Shown here: in pieces, positions 55,819 to 64,000 of the stretch
Numbering within the stretch: position 1 is the stretch's first letter
Layout of the letters: each line of letters opens with the position of its first letter
DNA from: Octopus sinensis
Taxonomy: Eukaryota
Assembly (NCBI RefSeq): GCF_006345805.1
Contig: NC_042998.1
Location: 121,272,001 to 121,336,000 of the forward strand
Reading direction: 5' to 3'
Length of the DNA stretch: 64,000 bases
The notes under the pieces: generated by a model
Seen by the model: the letters and a program-made list of their open reading frames with translations, nothing else
Databases searched by the model: none
What the model was told of the DNA's origin: nothing
Translations under genes and position numbers: made by a program

Positions 55819-58800
55819 TAATCCCTTTTTTTTTTTGTTATATGATTATGGTAGGTAATAAATAGATCAGTCGATTTATTTTATAATGGTTTAATAAACA
55901 TAATTGACATTCTTTTAACTTTTTCATTGCTTTTTTTTTTTTTACTTAAAAGAGAAAAGTAATCATTTAGGCCATTTTGGACACCTGGTTTGTATACTAC
56001 ACACATCTTAGCAAATAGAATCATATAACGTAATGACAAGTAATTCAGACATTACCTCTGTGCACTGACAACTGTCCATGTTCAACCACTTATTTCAAAA
56101 TGTAACATTTATACAGTGAAAACACTTGTCTTCTTGAGAAAGTTTGTTCTACCTGAAGTAGCTGACCATAAACTAGTTTTGGCTAGTTTCAGAAAATTGG
56201 CCATATGTTTGCAACATTTCTTATGTAGTTTAATGACCTATGTTATGCTATAATAGTGAGACAGAAAATGCATTGTCACTTCTTATAACATTTGTCGTAA
56301 TACAAATGAGTCAGAGTTACTCTTATGACATCAATAGTGATACAGGTAAGTCAATGTTATTAGCTATGTCACAACATTAGTAGTGATATAAAGTGATAAA
56401 TGAGCCTGACTGTCAAGAATATAGAAGCTGTAGTACAAGTACAAATAGATGAGAATGATCAATAAAAAAAAAAGCAATTTAAAAAGTAAAAGTTATGGAG
56501 CAATGTAATCAATTTGGATCTTTTTATACACCCTTCCCCTTTCTTATCTCTACAAAGGACTTAAATGTGTCCGTTCAAAGAGTTCAGTGCCCTAAATGTT
56601 ATAAAGAAATCACAGCTGCACTCATATGATGCATCTTCAGATTTCATTTCAGAGAATCTTTATATTACTTTAGTGGTACTCCAACAGAATGCTTACCAAT
56701 TGCAAGCTGGTCATAAAAGACTGCTTGGGAAATGTGGTTTTTTGCACTTAAGCCTGATTGCCATGACCCAACAAAATTGATAACTCACAAGTAATGTCAA
56801 TATAAAACTGATTTTTCAGGGAGGTAAGACTTCTATATTGAGTATCATGTCCTACCACTTGATCTTCCAGATTTTATACATAAACAAGTGGAAACTATCT
56901 AATGATTTTATCTGCCTATAATATAGTGTCCAGGGGTCAGCACAATGCAATAATGAAGTTAGTATATATGCATACATATATACAAGTGCATATTTTTTAC
57001 TGGGGTATATTGGTGAATGATGTAAACATCAGTAAGAAAACCAATATATTGGTACATTTAAACAAAAATATCTTGTCCTATTTGTTCTGCCCATGTTACA
57101 CAAATGTTCCTTTGTTATTCTCCCTATTGTAAATCAAATGAGCTAGTAATTGATCTGTTAGTAACTTGTAACCAACACATCTATTATTAACAAAATACAA
57201 TAGAAAATAGACTAAGTCTCCATAGAATAGAATTTAATCTCACAGATGTTTCCATTTGACAAAAGATTAGTTATTGGTTCTGGTTGAGCAAAAACCCAGT
57301 ACCGATTAATTTTAAGTAGTTCACTCATCCATGATACAAAATAAATATTTCTAAAGATAAATGACATGATTGAGGCTACCATACTGATATAGCATCAAGT
57401 GCACAATTGTATTCAGTAAGAGTGAACAAGTAAAATAGTTAATGCAGACAAAAGGCTTTCTACATGGTCACTCAATTTGTAATTTATAAGGAAATCTGCT
57501 AACTGAAATCAACCATTGCACCCTTGTTCTTGGGGATTTCCCCCATCTTTTTCCTTTCATTTTGTATATAACCAAAAATAAGAGAAGTAGTGTCCATAGC
57601 TTTTGTAAGTCCTTCCAGACTGTTATGTTGAACTCCTAGAAGTTAAAATCTGTAGAATGAGCATCAACTGGGGCTCCTGGGGTTGTTGCTCAAGGAAGGA
57701 AGAATTGAGTAGTGTTTAATAGAGAGTCGTTTAGTCGAGATATACAACATGGAAAGGAAGAAGTAGATTAAGTGAACTTGGATATTTGTGGATCAATAAC
57801 AACAAAAAAACCCGAAGGAAGACATAAGCCATTTACGGGACACTGGTAATTTTTATTTCCTTATTCTCTTTAATTCTGAGAGAGGGGTAGAAAAGGGGTA
57901 GGAGGGAGAGGGGAGAAAGGGAGAGGGGGAGAAAGGGAGAGAGAAGTGGATGACTGAATCAAACATAAAAACGAGATTGGGAAACTATTATACAGACCAC
58001 CATAGAAAAGCAGATGTTAAATTAATGACTATGGTAATATTATTATTAGTTTACTATATTATATAGATCTTATAAAACCAATATTCTGTTGAAGTTTTTT
58101 TTTTACTATGCCCCAAAATTTCTTCTTCTCTGGAGCAACATACTGCTGTGATTGTCACATTTCGTACATGATAGAGAGTATAGTGTGGTCCCAGACCAGA
58201 CTCAAAGATCACTCCCAAATATTTGATTGACTACCCTCGGGGTTCTTTTCATGTCGAGCTGACAGGAGCTACTCGGCAACAAAACCATAAGAACAAAGAC
58301 CACACAGCATAAACTGACATGTGGATAAGTGTACAAAAATATTGCTAAAAACACCATAATGTACACTTCAGTAAATTAGATTGCAAAATTATTTGAAACG
58401 TACAAATTCTATTTTATCAAATTTATTTGATAAAAATGAATTTAGACAAAACATTTTAAAGTTTAATGAGATTTGATGAAGTGGAAAAGATTAAATTAAT
58501 AATACAATTGTAATAAAAACACAAAACTGATTTAGATTGCTCTTTTTGTAGAAGCTATCTAGTTATCAGGTGAACTAATTTTGACTGCAGATAAACTATT
58601 GATTAAATAATAACAATACTTAGAACTTATAAAGACTGATGAGCCCTTTCTCAAAATAAAATCTATTGAGTTACAGAATGTAACAAACCTAAAAATATGT
58701 TCAAGAAAACCTAAAAGTCAACATTGCAATGACAGAAATGCTAACTACCAACAAAGAGCACAAAATCTTAGAACCATCCAGGAAACGGCCTGGCTCATTA

Positions 58801-59260
58801 TGTAGGGGCCCAATAAGTACAAAAAAGATGAAATGAAATCTCAAGTAAACTGGAAGTGTAACATGAATTATAATATGATAGAGATACAGAAGTTGTTTAG
58901 CTCAAGGTGCACCCTTATGGAGTATGATCAAAAAAAGTTTGGGCCATAACCATCCCATACTTTTTGAGATATAATGCATCTAGGACGACATTATTCTTGA
59001 CAAACAAAACCTTTCTCCTAAGACCGTAAAGAAATTTGAGAGATGTGACTGCTATTTCTAGCAGGTCTTTGATTGCATAGTAGCTCGTGTGGTTAGCAGT
59101 GTAAATGACAAAGTCTATGAACTGTTCCTGTAATTCACTAGACAGTTTTTTTTTAACAAAGTGATCAAAATAGTGCAAAAGAGAGATGCAAGAGAAACAC
59201 ATCTCCTAGAGTACAGAAGAGATGGAAGTTCAGGGAAATGTTACTTATCTAGGGATGACC

Positions 59261-59304
<44 letters not shown>
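59261..59304. repeat. (GATA)n microsatellite
   Basis: About 11 perfect units. Confidence 0.97.
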
Positions 59305-59305
<1 letters not shown>

Positions 59306-59334
59306 TGATATCGCAAATTATTCTCTCTGGATGC

Positions 59335-59810
59335 AAAAAGTAAACTTTTTGTAGCATATGTAAGATGTGTTGAATATCTGAGATTTGCAGAGGCTAAATT
59401 GAAAGGTGAGAATTATTTGTTGTATCTGTAATGTTAAACTACATGAAAAGCAAAGCACATATGAACTGAGAAAGTAGCTGGAGATTTAAGATATACACTA
59501 GTTGATGTATAAAATATGTGCAAAGAATGTGATGCTACATTGTGGGTAGTGGATTAGAGGGAGTGTAGAAGAACTGCAGAAGCTGGAGAGAAATGAGGTA
59601 TGATATGTTATACATGCAATCATTTCTCTCAAAGATAGGACATATTAATCAAGGGTGTGGCAGAGTGTAAAAGACGTCAGCTGATGTATACAGGAGAGAT
59701 GACTAAATTGGTATGGACATGTGATCTAAATAGCTGATGAGTGCTGGGTAATAAACTGATGTGCTGTTGGTGAATGCTATCTGTGAAAGAAAAGACCAAA
59801 GATGTTAAAA
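59335..59810 (+). mobile_element. Old, heavily decayed RTE-like LINE remnant
   Basis: Residual motifs KLERNE (59580), LNWYGHV (about 59700) and DECWV. Confidence 0.5.
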
Positions 59811-62800
59811 AAAATAAAAAGGGGGTGAATTCAGATCTCAGGAACTAGGTCTCACAAGAGATTGCACAAATCTAGTGGTGATATGCTTTGTAGGACACCT
59901 GTCCAGCTCACTTGGCATAGAAAAGTTGATATTAAATGGTAGACTGAATAAACCATTAAAATCTTATAAAGAAGGCAAGGAAGCTGTAATAGATTGGCGA
60001 TAATAAGCATGACAAATGATGGCTAGAGAAAGTATAAAAAGAGAAAGCCTTAGAGAATGACAGGTAGTCAGTAATTTACTGATTAGTCTTGTTCTGGTAA
60101 ATATCAACTGGATCTTTTGCCAAGGATAGAACTAGGTTATGAAGATAGTCCCAGATAGTATTTGTTAATCAATTATGAAGAGCTAACATCAACAGATTTA
60201 AACTTTTAGGAATACAAAGACATAAAGGAAGTGAGCCAACTATGAACAGGTGTGGACAGAAGAGTTATAAGAATAAGGTAAATTGGAGGATGGCTTTTAA
60301 ACTTGATAAGCAATTTGTAAGATTAATAAAGAACAATTTCATTATTAAAAATAAAAATTATTCTATGTAAAAGGTATATTTGATGTGAATTTATTAAGCA
60401 TTTGATATATTCAATTTTCTGAAAAATGGGATACAGTAAATATATTTAGAAAAGCTTGCATACTACAATCTTTCAAATGGAATGTTTTCATCTAATCCCC
60501 AAAACATCAAAGATTAACCATCTGTGGAATGATCTCATTCAATGAACTTGCTTTTGCTAGCCAATCATTCCGGAATTAATTCAGAAATAGCAGTTGTGTT
60601 AGTATGGTCAAGTGAATTGAACAGATCATTCATAGTTGTTAAACAAATAATTTATAAAAATATCTCCAGTTGAGAAGAATGGAAAAAAATTTTTTTAAAG
60701 CGCCAAAATAGATCTGGATGAAAATAACCCCAAAAGATCTAGAGAAACTGACGATAATAACTAATGATACTTAACAACTGACAAAAGACCAGCAATATTT
60801 TGTTGGTTGTTCAATATTGTTAATAATTATCTTGGGTACCTAAGTACCCAAGATAACAGTAAAAGTTCTTATTGGTTATGTAGCAAGTATGTAACATCTA
60901 AGTAAGTATTATTATAGATACTAGCAGAAAGACCGCCTTCCAGGTGGTTTTCAGCTAGCTTCTTGATAATATTTTCACATTTGATTCCCATTTCTAATAA
61001 TCTTTATATTTTACGTCTAATTATTTCTTGTATAATAGTTCTCACTTGCTTAGTAAATATATTGCTTTCATTATTTTATCAGTCATAATCTCTTTTTTTT
61101 AAACAAACATCACAGTAGTTCAACAACAGGGGGAGAAGCACTTTGTCAAGTTTTACCTTTCCCTCAAAGCAACATAGAGCAGCCCATCTCTAAGTTTTGC
61201 AGGGTGTGTGTGTGTATTTGAGAGAGAGAGAGAGAATATTGCAAACAATGAATGAAATAAACATGAAATTAAAAAAAGCATATAAACAAAAGGGCATTAC
61301 TACAGATGTACATGCCGACTTTGTTGCCTCATAACATCCAGAAAAATGGATACTTTTTAACAAAATGTTCTATAAATACTGCTTAGATGTTGTGGCTTCA
61401 GAGTATATAAGGATTTGTGGAAAAGAATTTTTGCAAGGAGGTAGAGATTTCTATTATAAAGAAATTTGAGGGGAAAATTTTTTCAAGGACTTCCCCCAAT
61501 TTTTTTAAACAACAGCCTTTGAAATGATGGGATGGGGGGCATTTTTGCATGAAAATATTTTGAAAACTCTTTTCTTTACAACCCACTCCCTCATCATCCC
61601 ACTGTGGACCTATTTTGGCCAATTGTTTTTTTGCGCTTCAAAACCATGGGAAGAGCATTTTCAGTAAGAAAAAAAAAGAAAGTTAATCTTTTCAGAGAGA
61701 AAAGTGATTTAAAGGCAATTTGGCTGTTTCTAGCACATCCAAAGATGACCCTCCTTGTTTCTTTATGACTCTTACATGTGTTAATGCTTTTCAATATTTT
61801 TTTCCCCATAAATGTCATAAAAAAAGAAAATTTGAGAAATGAATTTTTTGCAACCCCACTCCCTGCCAACTGTTTCTGTTTAGAAATTAAAATACTGGAG
61901 AGCCTGAGGTCATTGCTGGTATTTATCCAGTGATTAAAAAAATTACAGAGAGGTATTTGCATAGCAACTGACTTATCGTGAGACGAAATGAAAACAATTG
62001 TAAACCATTCAAGAACACAAATACCGTTAGTTTCACTTCAACATTAAAACTTCATTTGTGTCAAAATATTTTCGTTGCTTTGAAAACCTTTGTGAAAAAC
62101 TTCACAAAAATGCAGCATGAAATTTTGTCAGTGAATAGCACACACACACATGCATGTGCACATGTATTGGTGTGTGTGTGTGTACATATCACTGTTGAAG
62201 TTATGTTTGGAAACTGTGAATAAGTGCAAGTTTTGAGTACTTGTCGGCAACTTTGTTTTTTTTCTCGTCTTCTAATAGTAATTACCCAACTTTCTAGGCT
62301 CTTTTCACAAATTATACATTCGAAATTATACAGGTATTTAAAAAATTTCCATTCAATAAATGTTTTTACATTATATATACATTAATAGCAAATTGAAATT
62401 TAAAAGAGAAAGTGAGAGACTTTGCAAATGAAAATGGAACATCCCGCAATGAATATTTAAATTTGTGAGAAATTGGAGTTTAAAAAATTCAATAAACTTG
62501 AGAAATCGAAATTTCTTAGAACATGAATTTATAAAAATATTTCCAGACGGTCAACCCTTTAATAATTGCTTTCTTTTAGTACTTTTGGTAATTGTTACAT
62601 ACCTAATTAATAAGCAAACTACTGCCTAGAAGTTCCTTTTCAGATTCTGAGAGTTTAGATTTCCATATCATGCTGAGACTTTTTTAAGTACTACACAAAC
62701 TTTGCTGATATACAGCCTAACATCTGCCGGTATAGATTCAAAGAATTTACTGGTATTATTGAGATCCTAGAACAATGAGGTAATTGCATCTTAAAAGTAC

Positions 62801-63007
62801 ATCAGTTGTAACTGATAAATTACATCTTTCTAAATGTTAACAAATCTTCCAAACTGTGAAGTGTGGAAGACATAGTCAAGACAACAATTTCTCAGGAGCT
62901 CCTTCTGATCATCAAATCATGTCCATTAAAGTTTGTCTTAAGTCTATATGCCAACATGCTCATTATCAACAGCAATTTATACATTGACCAACAAAGAGGA
63001 TATACAC

Positions 63008-63191
63008 CAGTGGTTCTCAACCCTTTTATTTAAATGAGTTTTCCCACAGACCCCTTTTAATATGCTTATCCTTGTGTGTGTGTGTGTGTGTGTGTGTGCA
63101 TACATATGAAATTTCGAATTTACTTCACAGACCCCCCAGTATTACCTTTGCAGACTACCAGGAGTCCGCAGACACCAGTTGGGAACCACTG
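63008..63191. mobile_element. hAT-type MITE (184 bp) with a perfect 8-bp TSD
   Basis: TIRs CAGTGGTTCTCAAC / GTTGGGAACCACTG; ATATACAC on both sides (63000-63007 and 63192-63199). Confidence 0.9.
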
Positions 63192-63199
63192 ATATACAC

Positions 63200-63780
63200 G
63201 ATCAATACATCATTAAAGTCAGTCGCAGATCTGAGACACTTGAAACAGAAAATGGAATCAACTCTGCTAAAATTACTACCTATGATAATTTTGTTATGCT
63301 ACACCATACTACATCTACATGACGCATTCCTCTCACACCAAAGATCAAGAAGAGCATCTTGTATAGTCACTGACAAATATGAAAATATCAAGGAAACAGC
63401 CCATCTCAAGAACATGAACCTCTCAGAAAGAACCTACAGTAAACTTGAAAAAACATGGAAAGAACTCACTGATACATATAAACTGGAGCATCTCATTACA
63501 CACATTTTTAGCATAGAAAAAAATGCTCCTGAAATCAGTAGCTGTAAAAAGACAAATAAGGCTAAGTTAAAAGCCTCAGGCCAACATGATCACCTTAACC
63601 AAGAGCAGGACATTTCTTAGTATATAGAAAATCTTCTTGGAAAACATCAACTCGCTATCGATAAGTCTGTAGAAACTATCATAAACTAGAAGCTGAATAT
63701 CAAAGTGAGTAACTTCACAGAGTTGTAATAATAGATGTTTATAGTAATTAAAATAAGGAAGAGTATCCAACAGTAAAAGA
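63200..63780 (+). mobile_element. Possible ancient non-LTR retrotransposon (R4/Dong-like) ORF remnant
   Basis: Purine-rich, coding-like frame (..IVTDKYENIKE..KAKLK..NLLGKHQ..IDK) weakly resembling the post-RT region of R4-type elements; no diagnostic motif. Confidence 0.25.
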
Positions 63781-64000
63781 TGTATGACCCAATAAGTAAT
63801 ATGTAAATAATCAAACTTGTTGAATTAGCAAGCATTGCTATCCTGTGACAATCTAAAAGGTACAGAAAATGTTTCCATATAATAGGAAACCATTTGCTTA
63901 GGATCTAAACTATGTGCTACCTCATTTAGAACTGATTTTAAATAGTTTTAATACATAGTGGTACTACGAGAAGAGTTAGCAGTGTCTATTGTTGTTAGAA

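Noticed and set aside
56625-56660. Minus-strand ATG AAA TCT GAA GAT as a SURF4 start exon
   Set aside because: It is not followed by xADQ or a phase-0 GT donor.
63072-63620. 182-aa ORF as a host gene
   Set aside because: It starts in a (TG)n tract inside a hAT MITE; the rest is at best an old retroelement remnant with no splice or homology support.

Overview
AT-rich, intron-rich animal genomic DNA. The repeat landscape (tRNA-head SINEs, RTE LINEs with (GAT)n tails, long (TA)n tracts) suggests an octopus or other coleoid cephalopod; this is inferred, not shown. Two convergent spliced genes were reconstructed by hand with GT-AG borders and consistent phases. (1) The 3' part of TECPR1 lies on +, with 15 coding exons from 1 to 32361 covering the PH domain, second dysferlin domain and C-terminal tectonin beta-propeller. 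(2) SURF4 lies on -, with three coding exons from 54067 to 48069; the first coding exon was not found. The rest is mostly transposon-derived: three 5'-truncated RTE LINEs plus many solo 3' tails, two CR1 3' ends, a rearranged Gypsy gag-protease fragment, a Penelope-like element, an Hsmar1-like mariner, a hAT-like element with TIRs, a hAT MITE with a perfect 8-bp TSD, SINEs, foldbacks and degenerate minisatellites. Main leads: a type I hammerhead ribozyme motif with an intact core in sense orientation inside a TECPR1 intron (24587-24676); a second, G12-mutated hammerhead in the Penelope element just downstream of the TECPR1 stop; a complete C4HC3 PHD finger inserted inside the RTE reverse transcriptase; and a duplicated TECPR1 exon fragment. 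No prokaryotic features, rRNA, tRNA genes or CRISPR arrays were found. Most entries in the ORF track are spurious or TE-derived.
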